Source: Selaginella moellendorffii (Eukaryota; Plantae; Lycopodiophyta). Taken from it: 64,000 nt of DNA. Positions within the stretch are counted from its first letter, which is position 1; each line of letters starts with the position of its first letter. Below the pieces are notes generated by a model. That model made no database searches. It had not been told where the DNA came from and worked only from the letters and a program-made list of their open reading frames with translations. The stretch spans positions 3,555,138-3,619,137 of the forward strand of contig NW_003314267.1 of the NCBI RefSeq assembly GCF_000143415.4, given 5' to 3'. The position numbers and the translations under genes were made by a program. This document shows, one piece after another, positions 36,001 to 46,751 of this stretch.

Positions 36001-39000
36001 ATGGCTAGAGCACCTAAAGGCGATAGGTGGGGAGAGTACCCAGGTGGCTCGCGTAAGGCCACGGTGTTCCGAAATGTTGTCCCAAAGGTCCAGACTGTGG
36101 AAAGGAAGAGGAGCAGTCCTCTGGGGTAGTGACCAAGGACACAGTCATGTGGTGAGGAAGTCCCAGAGGACCGTGGGACTTAGTGGTCGGGCCTGTGGGC
36201 CTCGATCCAGTGGCAGTGTTGGCAAACACGGCCAGGGGCAGAAAGGGACTTGGTAGGAACTGACAATGGGACTTTGGGGAAGGCAATTCCCCAGGTCTGT
36301 GGGCATCCTAAGGATGCTAAGGAGTGGATCTAGGATGACCACTCGTGGACACAGGGCCCAGTCTTGGAGAGACGAGGTGGTGATGCAAGTGGTGTTGAAC
36401 CACTAGTGCAGCAAAGGTGAATGGGCATGGCCTTAGCGTAACGGGCCGAGATGTCAGTGGTACCTTTGGGTGTCGGTCTCAGGACCGGACACGTGGAGCA
36501 CTTGGACCAGGTGCAAGTGGGGAGTGGCATGGATGCCATTCTTGGGGCTAGCAAGTCCCAAGTCCTGAATTGGACTGATGGAGGTTGTGAATGAGACTCC
36601 TCCAAGTGGTCGGAGGTGTGGTTAAGTGACTAAAGTAGAATGGAAAATTTAGTCGCTTACAACTTGGTATCGGAGCTGTTCCTTAGTCTGACTTTTATTG
36701 GTGCTCAAGTATATCACCACTAGTGTTGGCATCGGAAGGTCCAAGGAGTGGGCCTATCCTTGAGGAGTAGCAAGTCTGGAAGACATGGCTCTCCATTACA
36801 GTTCATGTGTGAACTTGTAGACGAGGTGGTGGATAGAAAAGGGCCAATAATGGAACGACTTTGGGATCTTGGGAACAGTGCAAGGTTTTCCTCATTGAGT
36901 TGAGGATGTGATCCGATGAGCATTTGTCTCAGCAAATTGGCTTAGGTTGTTGTGGTAAACAACTAAAGTTGGGATCATGGGAAAGATAGAGACTCCAAAA
37001 CAATAAAGGAGTCACAAGATTTTCCTCATATAGTTGAGGTTGGTGCTCATGAATGTGAGACTAGAAGTAATGACCGTGGGAGGTCAAATACGGAAGAGGA
37101 CTCAAGTCCTTGAAAAGGTAGCCGGGGCTACCTCTAATAAATGCTGGAACAACCCAAGGAGTTGGGGGTGTATTAAGTGGATGAGTTGGTATTCTCATCA
37201 CATGGACAAGTAGTCCTAAGGGGCAAAGGTTGCCCCCAGAGAACAAAATCAAGTGTCGGAGTAACACTTGTGAAAATAGTCCTTTTGAATAGGACCGGAA
37301 TGCAAGATGTGTATTCCAGTGAGCTAGTGCCTCACAAGTAGGACCTTACGGGTCGGTGGATTAACCAAGTCCAAAACTGCTAGACGACTCAAGTAGAGTC
37401 CTAAAAAGGACTGAATAAAGCATTTGGACTGAGGTGCATTGTACCCCACAAAGGATGGGGGGGGATCATAGGATCCAAGGATGAGAACAGAGAGTATCTC
37501 ATCGATGGCAAAATGTGCCATGCTAAAGTTATGGGAAAGGTGTTCCCAGAAGAAAACAACTTTGACATAAAGTTGTGTGTGACCTCTATGGGGCAGTGCT
37601 AACAGATGGTTGGCATGAGAAAGAGCGGTGTTGGTCTTGGCAAAGACTTAGACACGAAAGGAAATGTCATAGAGGTAGGCTCGTGGAGCCGATGGTGTGG
37701 AGACACCAAATGTGCCAAGGTGTGATACCTTGAGGCTATGTTGGTGGGTTCATGAGAATCCCTTGCCAAAGGAATCCCAATGGAAATGGGAATGGCATAG
37801 CTTAAGCTGCAGAGCATGCAGTCAGAGTGTGGTGACCCAGATAGTGATGGAGGTGTGAAAGCACCAAGCAATGAGTTGTAGGACTTGACAACTATGAGGC
37901 AACTAAGCAAGAGGTGCAAAATAACTGGTTAAACGGGTAGAAGGTAGCTACCCAAGACTTCTTAATAGCATAGGGAAGTTGGATATACCCTTACGGGGGA
38001 TAAGTTGCTTGTGTTGCGATATAGTAAGTCAATGTCATAAAAGGAAATACTCATTGTCAAGAAAGCCATCATTGGGACACCTGAACACTCTAGAACACCA
38101 GAAGGTGGTGTTTGATGTCGCGAGGGCAATGGATAAAGCCCAAGGGACTAAGTCCCTAGCGAATGATGGATAGAAGGTGCTATCCAAATGTCCAAGGTTG
38201 CGGAGACAAGAGAGGACTGTCTACCCGAGTTGGACAAAGCCAAAAATGGAATTTTGGCAAGGCTAGTGATGGGCATGTAAAGGCCCATAAGCAACAATGT
38301 AATCCCAGTGTGTGGGATTATAAGGTGAGCATACCCGGATTGAGGAACCACTCCCTGGGCTATTGGGTAGGTTCATCCCTAAGAATACTTGCTAAGGCAT
38401 GATAGAAAGTGCAAAGCTATCCTCCTGGTCTGGAGGAGAATGACCGAAGGAAAGGTGTGAAGCCAAAGGCAAGTAGTGTTGGGATGGAACTGAACCATAG
38501 AAATCAAAGGGCATATCCAACAGTGGTTATGAAAGTTGGGAGTGGAGAATCAAGAGGGTGCTCGAGGATGTTATTGCTAGCAACCGTGATGCCATGGAGA
38601 GTCTAAAATATGGAATTGTCCATGTTAGACTATATGGCAACTATAAAGCTTGCGAAAGGGGAGGCCTTAGCAAGTTGAGGGACAGAGTTCCTTCAAGGTT
38701 CCCAAAGACGATTCTAGGTAGCGTAGTACCTAAAAAGGCCAAGTGTAAATGGTTCATGGAACGCGCGAAATCAGAGTGGCGCAGCAGAAGCGTGGTCTTG
38801 AAGCTTGCCATGAGGCAAGGTTATCAAGGTTAGGGAAGTAGTTCCCAAGCGTTCAAAGAGAGGGCTTTGAACGAAAGTCGATGGTCAAGGACTTTCACGC
38901 TTATGCAGGAACCATGTTACAATGGTCGGAGGACTTGCCAAGTGAGATTGGCACGTCGGGGGAACAAAGACCCTAGTTGAAGGTGATATCTTCAAAAAGG

Positions 39001-42000
39001 GTGGGCCAGGGGGCCGAGCATGGAGGAGTCCATGCATTATCACAGACATGTCAAGTGAGAGGACTTGGCAGTGTGGAGGAACTAGGTTCCTAAGCTGTGA
39101 TCTGTAGCGCGCTTTAAAAATAAGTTGGTGCACCGGCGTGGGGAGTCACGCCAGGCATCTAGTGTGATGCCGTCCGTAGATGCATATACGGAGGTTGGGT
39201 TCGAGTCCCGACCCTCTAGTGCTTGGGTTCGAGTCCCAAATCACTAGGGCGTGGTGATGGTTTGGAATATGAGGACACTCATATTTCGGTGGTCATGGAC
39301 TCTCAGTGGGGAGACTGGTTTGGGCACACCGCCAAGCGAGGGATGCCTCGGAGTCGTGATGCACGGTTAGATTGCTTAGTGTGAAAGCTCAGCATATCTA
39401 ACTTGAACGCTTTGGTGCAAGTGGCACCAAGGACGTGGTGAGTGAGATGGGGACACCTAATCTCAGTTGCTATGGACCCTTGGCCGGAAGGGCTGGCTTG
39501 GGCGCACCGCCAAGTGTGGGGGATGCCCCCGGGGTCGTAGTTAACAAGTTAAAGGTCTGGAAGACCTAGTACCTATTGGCAAACCTGTTAAGGTGCCGAG
39601 GTGAGATCACTAGGTGATCTTGTGGCTAAATAAGGACAAGGTCCTTGTTTGGGTTAAGGAATAAGGTTCCTAGTTCAAAGTGTTGATTTGAACTATTGAT
39701 GATGGTGTGGCTTGGTCAAGGTGACCAAGTGGGAAAAGCACCTTAGGGAAATGAGCTATGTCATCGCGAAGGCATAGTGTGTCCAAGGAAAGTAGTCTCT
39801 AAAGAGACCCATGAGAGGGTCACAAAGTTGGGCCGAGGATAGAGCCCACAGCAGAAGATGCTAAAAGAGACTTACTAGGGGTGAACACCCTAGTCTTGGC
39901 AAAGCAGAGCCTTTGCAATGGAATCAAAAGAATACCTCAAGGAGGGAGGTAGAGATTCGATGTTGCTCGGTGCAACAATCAATGGATAGGAGCAAAAGAT
40001 GAATGGCCAAGATAGGGCCGTGGAATCCCTGGGAAGGAATCCAAGTGACAAAGTTAGGCGAGGAACACTAATGTGTTGGACACTAACAAATTGCGGGAAA
40101 GGAAGTGTGTTTCCAAGGATGGATTCTGAATTGCTCCGATTTGGCGAAAGTGGAAGCTCCAAGGGAGGGAGCGGTAAGGTAGCCAAATGATAGGGCCATG
40201 AACAGCCCTAGCACAAAGTATGATAACTAGAACTTTGGCACAAAATAGAAGAGACGATGATGGTGCCCTCGAGTAGAGAACTTCCTAAGATGGGAAGTGG
40301 AGTTGCACAAAAGGTGCAAGGCAAGGTGTCGGAGACACCTAGGAAATTGACTCCAAGGAGTCAAAATTCAAAGTTCCAAAGTGCAGAGGTTATATCGATG
40401 GAAATTGAGACTACTCGAAAAGGAGTAGTGGGATTGACTTAGAGAAGGGTCTCTAAGAGGTTTAGCGAGAACTAAACCAATAAAAGGAGAGAACCATTAC
40501 ATGTGGTCCAATCAGTCTCTAAGTTGGAGAGACTACACTCCTTAAAGGATGGACAAGGCATGGTGAGCCTTTGATGTCAAACCATAGACAAAGATTGGCT
40601 AGGTGCCAAGGATGGAAATGGTAACACGTGTGGGTGTTACTTTATGAAAGGGTTTACCGTTCGATGAGGACATCGAACTTCAGTTGATACCACGGCAGTT
40701 GTGGCGTTTGTGACGTGATATTTGAGTCGCGAAGGGTGAGACACAAAATCCCTAGGCCCCAAAGTGGAGCCGGAAGGGTGCCACATGGTAGTGGCCGAAG
40801 CGAGAGCCAAACGAGCGTAACACGTTTGGACCAAAAGCTCCGACTTGAAAAGTCAAGAGCGGGAGTGGAACTCCCAAAGAAGTGCTCGAGGAACGAGCAC
40901 GAAGCGAGCAAAAAGCGAGGCTCCAAAAAGGGACCCAAAAGGACCAACACATGACACGTGGGAGTGTCCGAGATGGACTTGAGTTGGAGTCCAAAGTGGA
41001 GTCCGAGATGGACCCGAGTTGGAGTCCGAAGTGGAGTCCGAGATGGACTCGAGTTGGAGTCCGAAGTGGAGTCCGAGATGGACCCGAGTTGGAGTCCGAA
41101 GTGGAGTCCGAGATGGACTCGAGTTGGAGTCCGAAGTGGAGTCCGAGATGGACCCAAGATGGACCCGAGTTGAAGTCCGAAGTGGAGTCCGAGATGGAGT
41201 CCGAGATGGACCCGAGATGGACCCGAAATGGAGTCCGAGGTGGACCCGAGATGGACCCGAAATGGAGTCCGAGATGGAGTCCGAGATGGACCCGAGATGG
41301 AGTCCGAGATGGAGTCCGAGGTGGACCCGAGATGGACCCGAAATGGAGTCTGAGATGGAGTCCGAGATGGAGTCCGAGGTGGACCCGAGATGGACCCGAA
41401 ATGGAGTCCGAGATGGAGTCCGAGATGGACCCGAGATGGAGTCCGAGATGGAGTCCGAGATGGAGTCCGAGATGGAGTCCGAAGTCGAGACCGAGACCGG
41501 AACCGAGACCGGGACCGAGACCGAGACCGAGACCGAGATCGGGACCGAGACCGAGACCGAGGCCGAGGCCAAGACCGAGCCCGAGCCCGAGTCCGAATCC
41601 GAGTCCGAGTCCGAGTCCGAGTCCGAGTCCGAGTCCGAGTCCGGAGCCTGAGAGGGTGAAAGCCCAAAGCGTTCGTCTCCCAGACCCTGGGGGGTTTGGT
41701 AAGCTCCAAAAGTATAGTAGGGGGAGGACTGTAGTGGAGCCAGTTTGGCCAGGAAAGGCCAGTTTGGCCCAGGAAGGCCGGACCCAGTGTTGGGTGATGA
41801 GCTGCCCACTGGGAAGTCCAAGACTAGAGTGAACACGGACCGACAAGCGGGGTAGCTTGGTGAAGTGTTCAAGAGCCGGCTCTAGTTCCCCCGGGAGATC
41901 GACTGGCCGATGCTCCCAGTCCAAGTGTGGGTGGCACTACCTACTTGGATACCTGGTGTGGCTCAACGGAACCCGCTCTAAGCCCATGGCTAGAGCACCT

Positions 42001-45000
42001 AAAGGCGATAGGTGGGGAGAGTACCCAGGTGGCTCGCGTAAGGCCACGGTGTTCCGAAATGTTGTCCCAAAGGTCCAGACTGTGGAAAGGAAGAGGAGCA
42101 GTCCTCTGGGGTAGTGACCAAGGACACAGTCATGTGGTGAGGAAGTCCCAGAGGACCGTGGGACTTAGTGGTCGGGCCTGTGGGCCTCGATCCAGTGGCA
42201 GTGTTGGCAAACACGGCCAGGGGCAGAAAGGGACTTGGTAGGAACTGACAATGGGACTTTGGGGAAGGCAATTCCCCAGGTCTGTGGGCATCCTAAGGAT
42301 GCTAAGGAGTGGATCTAGGATGACCACTCGTGGACACAGGGCCCAGTCTTGGAGAGACGAGGTGGTGATGCAAGTGGTGTTGAACCACTAGTGCAGCAAA
42401 GGTGAATGGGCATGGCCTTAGTGTAACGGGCCGAGATGTCAGTGGTACCTTTGGGTGTCGGTCTCAAGACCGGACACGTGGAGCACTTGGACCAGGTGCA
42501 AGTGGGGAGTGGCATGGATGCCATTCTTGGGGCTAGCAAGTCCCAAGTCCTAAATTGGACTGATGGAGGTTGTGAATGAGACTCCTCCAAGTGGTCGGAG
42601 GTGTGGTTAAGTGACTAAAGTAGAATGGAAAATTTAGTCGCTTACAAAAAGCCTCTTTTAATTGTTTTGGTTTTTAGCCTTTGGTGAAGGTCAAGTGAGA
42701 TGCTTACAAACTTGCATATCCGGAGAAGAGTCGGGAAGAGCTCTCAGCTGAGTTTGTACAAATTGAGCACAAAATTCAGCATGCAAAGTCCTCAAAGTTG
42801 AAGAAACTAGTATGCATTGCAGACAATCGCAGGCCGAAGGAGTGGCTAAAGACTATAGCTGAAATTTCTTCTCATGAATGTAAGTTTTTTATCACACTTC
42901 ATTTTTCTTAATTATGCATATGTTACTTTTGCAGTGAACAAAATTTCAGATGACATGATTTACAATATTGCAAAATCAAAACTTCCATATAAGCAACAGA
43001 TAGAGACTCTAGAGTTCCTCAATGTCTGCTTGATGAACAGAGAGAAAAGACTGCCAGAACTATTTGAGAACATGATGAGAAGGGCTGTCTACATCACGCA
43101 AAATATACGTGAAGGTGAGAAGTTCTTGGCACCACACATTGGTGATGATCCAGATGGCACATTCATGTCTTTTAACACCTATATCAACACGTCATTGGAA
43201 GGGATCGAAGAGGGGTGGCTGCCAAAGAAGTCTACAAGCACAACAACTTATGATTGCCAACATGGTCAACCTTATTTCATGCGATGTGCAGCTTATAGGT
43301 ATAATATGATTTCTAAGACTGTTTTTTAATATATATTGTTTACAGTATCTTCGATATAGAGGCATGCCTTTTGAGACACCAGTTTGCACTCGACTTGTTG
43401 CAAAGGGTGTAAGGGATGGAGGAATGTACCCAATAATGTTTGTGAGAGTTCCAAAGGCACAGAAGATAGAATGCCCTTGGGAGTTGGAGCTCCTAGGGAA
43501 GGAGACCTCTACACTAGATCGCGAGGAAGTTATCAATGTTAGCAACGATAGCAATACAAGTGACGATGGAGACGAGGATGAGGAAGCTCCAGATCAAGTT
43601 CATATTCCACCACCAGACAGCTAGGAACAGGCTCCATATCAACCATCAAACAACCAAGATCCGGATCAGGTTCTACCAGTAAATAACGATGATCAAGTGG
43701 TTCGCAAAATATCATGTCAACTTCGAGGTAAGCAAAAGTGAATTTTACAAACTAAAGGTGGTAATACATGTTTTTTGCAGCAATGACTGTTGGTAGTAAT
43801 TTCATTCCAGCTCGACAAGATGCTTGTGAAGAGGAGTTGGAGGAACTCTCATCAACAACACGCCATATGACGGTAGCATACTATTTATTACTTTTTTCAT
43901 TCACTTAACTCTTTTATAGGTCCGTCCTGTGTCCCTAATAACACAATGAGGCATTGTGGGTATTTTCATTGGCTCTTATAGTAGATTATTGACATCTTTC
44001 ACGGAAGACGACATCAACATGGATATATGATGCCAGTTCAACCGTTGGTGCCGAAAGATACAAAGGCCCTTGCTCCCAATTTCGGACTTCATTCTCTTCG
44101 ACTTTCTAGATGGTCTTTCAGATATCGATGGGAAAGTTGAGGATTGGAACTTTCTCACACTTGACCACTTACGCGATGCATTCTTATTGTCTGAAGCACT
44201 TATGCTCGAAGTTGGCCATGTCGTCTTCATCCTACCGAACGACCCCAACTAGATGTATGAGCTTATGACATGCACAACAGAAGTTCATTTCAAGTCATTC
44301 TCTTCCAGGTTCATCATGGATCCTATTGGCGTCGATACAAGGGGCGTCCAAGGGAAGCCTGAAAAGGTGAGTATATATTTTATATTTTTATCTAATTTTT
44401 AAACATTTTTATTTTCCAGGTTATGATGTGGACCTATCATGCCTTCTGTAGAAACACACATGATGGGTTTCGTGATAGCGAACGTGCAGCACGTGTTTTG
44501 CCTGGGTACGACAGTTCCACTAACATCATACCCAACTTTGTGGATGAGCAGATCTGCAACACGTTTCCAGGGTACCGATTCCAAACTCCATCAGCAATGC
44601 AAGTCTTGCTTGAGCTCTATTGCCCACCAGATGGTGTTGTGATTGATTGCACAGCAGGTAGCGGTTCTATGGTGGAGGCAGCACATGACTCTGGTAGGTC
44701 GGTGTTTGCTATTGAAGAACATCATTTCTTCAAATGCCAGCTCAGAGGATTTTGTGAGTTGCCTTCAACCTCAAGGAGGTAAATTATGTTTATTAAAATT
44801 TCAATATATATTTCATTCTATTTTATAGATCACAGTCACTTGGAGTTTCTAGAATTGGAGGCTTTGGAAGTCTCCCTGACTATGCAGAAGCCATGGCTCA
44901 ACATATGCAAGGTGAATCTTCCCCACAATACCAATATAGGAGGAAGTATAAAAGAAATTATTATGTTGATGATGAGGCAGAAGAAAGTTAATTGCATCCT

Positions 45001-45007
45001 TACATAA
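33051..45007 (+). pseudogene. Multi-exon transposon cargo gene 2: Pro-rich N-terminus, ParB/Srx-like domain, beta-class N4/N6 DNA methyltransferase-like domain
   Basis: ATGCCACCAAGG|GTGAGT at 33051 with acceptor at 33481, in frame with ORF 33572. ParB motif: TMFQIIDGNHRYEAW (~34285-34330). MTase motif IV region: SDFILFDFLDG..ALMLEVGHVVFILP (~44080-44240). Motif I: LLELYCPPDGVVIDCTAGSGSMVEAAHDSGRSVFAIEE (~44605-44720). Several premature stops and a 7.9-kb LTR element in an intron. Confidence 0.75.
34750..42646 (+). mobile_element. Full-length LARD-like copy D in an intron of cargo gene 2
   Basis: LTRs 34750-36661 and 40735-42646 (both 1912 bp, only a handful of differences seen). TSD AAAAG at 34745-34749 and 42647-42651. 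PBS at 36665. Host intron GTATGT (34721) to TTTTTAG (42677). Confidence 0.95.
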
Positions 45008-45300
45008 AATGGAAAGCTTGGTATATGTTAGATGTCAGTGAAAGTGTCAGATGTCAGTAAAATTGTTAGATGTTAGTGTCAGTGTCAGATACCATAATTA
45101 TAGATTATCATTCTCACCTGTCATCATCACTTTGTAGCGCTTGTGTGTTGCCATCTCCTCCTTCAACATTTTGTAAACAATTGTATGTGATATGATAGCA
45201 CCTTCTAGAACAAGGTATGTTACCTACAACTAATATCATTTTATTATATTTTTTCTTTTAATAGTGACAATACTATAGTATAGTAAAGTAATTTTAGATC

Positions 45301-45882
45301 TTACATTCCACTATAGAGTGGCCTAAAAACCCCATATTTTGCACTAGCCAATGTAGTATTTCCCAAGGGGATGTTGTTCCTCGCTATGAAGCGATAGTGC
45401 GTATGTGTCTGTAACTCATTCTTGAATCTATTGTACATCCACACATGCACATTTTCCAAACCTGCCATTGGGCAATTCCTATAGTGCTCAAGAAAAGTTT
45501 GTAAACCCATAAAGCCATTTGTTTTGTCCAAAAAAAAGTAGCATATTGGACACCAAATGTAATAGCGTTCTGTGCTTTTAAGTAGTCCCACCATGTCAGA
45601 AGCAAGATCTTGCAAAAACATGTGGCATTGCTCTTGAAGCGCTAGAAGTAATCCCTCCCTAGTAGCAAGATTCGAAATTTCACATATAGGGAGCTCTAGT
45701 TCAGCTTCACTAGAGCCCTCAGCAGAAAAAGGATTGTTATGTGGAGGTGAAGGTGGAATGTTGGTAGAACTTGGGGATGGAGGTGGAGATTGATATGAAA
45801 TGTTGGGGGGCCAGATACGAGTAGCAATAACTCTCCTTTGAGCCATTTCAATACAAACTTCTAAAGAGCTCAAGGAGAACAA
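45301..45882 (-). CDS. Uncharacterised ~180-190 aa cargo ORF with a CxxC...HxxxC putative Zn finger
   Basis: Open ORF inside the MULE-like element. Pro/Ser-rich N-terminus and WCPICYFF...LEHYRNCP. Confidence 0.45.
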   Translation of the reverse strand: MFSLSSLEVCIEMAQRRVIATRIWPPNISYQSPPPSPSSTNIPPSPPHNNPFSAEGSSEAELELPICEISNLATREGLLLALQEQCHMFLQDLASDMVGLLKSTERYYIWCPICYFFLDKTNGFMGLQTFLEHYRNCPMAGLENVHVWMYNRFKNELQTHTHYRFIARNNIPLGNTTLASAKYGVFRPLYSGM

Positions 45883-46229
45883 AAAACCTACAATGACTAT
45901 AACTTTTCTAGATAGTTTATATACTAAGTTTTAGTCTTGGGAATAAGGTTTATTTATTATGACATTGACAATACTCAGATTCTTGGGAATGAGGTTTATT
46001 TATTATGACACTGACAATACTCAGATTCTTTAAATGTCAGTTTTGAAAATAGGGCTTCATAATCATAGCTTTCTTGTAAACATAAGAGCTTCTAGAATTT
46101 TAGATTATCATATATACACATACTTTATCATTATGATGAATCCTACTTTGCTACACATATATTCTTTTCTACACATGCCAAATGTCTAGGGAAATAAATT
46201 GCAAGAAAATATAGACCACATTATAGTGG

Positions 46230-46751
46230 TAGAGCATGTTGGCACGCTACCATTCTCTCATGTGAGATTGCCTTTCAATCTTGGAAATGTAGATAAAGTT
46301 GATTCTTTGATATGATATTACTTTTGAGTCTTTCGAAAGATTTTGATTTCTTTTATCATTATTTACAAACAATTCCCAAAAACTTTTTATGAGGATTCAC
46401 TGCAAAATATACCTTGGTCTTATCATATGAGAGGATTGCAATATATGCAAGCAACAGAGTTTTTAATATGAATTAATATGCAAATTACAAATATCATGAA
46501 AAGTTTTATGGAGTAGATTTTTTGGTGCTTTCCGCTGTGCTGTTCATTTCTTCATTTCTCTTGCTCTGGACTATTGTTTCAAAAGTAACAGGAGCATTTT
46601 TATCAATCGTGATAGTGGTCTTCACCCCAGATAGGTAATAAGGACCAAGAATGTAATATGGAGATTGTGGTAGTGAAACAAAATTAGCATTCTTACATTC
46701 CTTTGCACTATAACTCTTACTCACAGATCTTGTATTTTCCTTACTTCCCAT
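46230..46751 (-). pseudogene. Decayed unknown gene or fragment, duplicated at ~52250-52720
   Basis: Blocks shared with the 52-kb region, e.g. GAGATTGTGGTAGTGAAA and CACTATAACTCTTACT(C/A)ACAGAT. Confidence 0.35.

Noticed and set aside
39191-39247. GGTTCGAGTCCC as tRNA genes
   Set aside because: No acceptor, D or anticodon arms are recognisable. They are isolated T-loop-like hairpins, reported as a finding instead.
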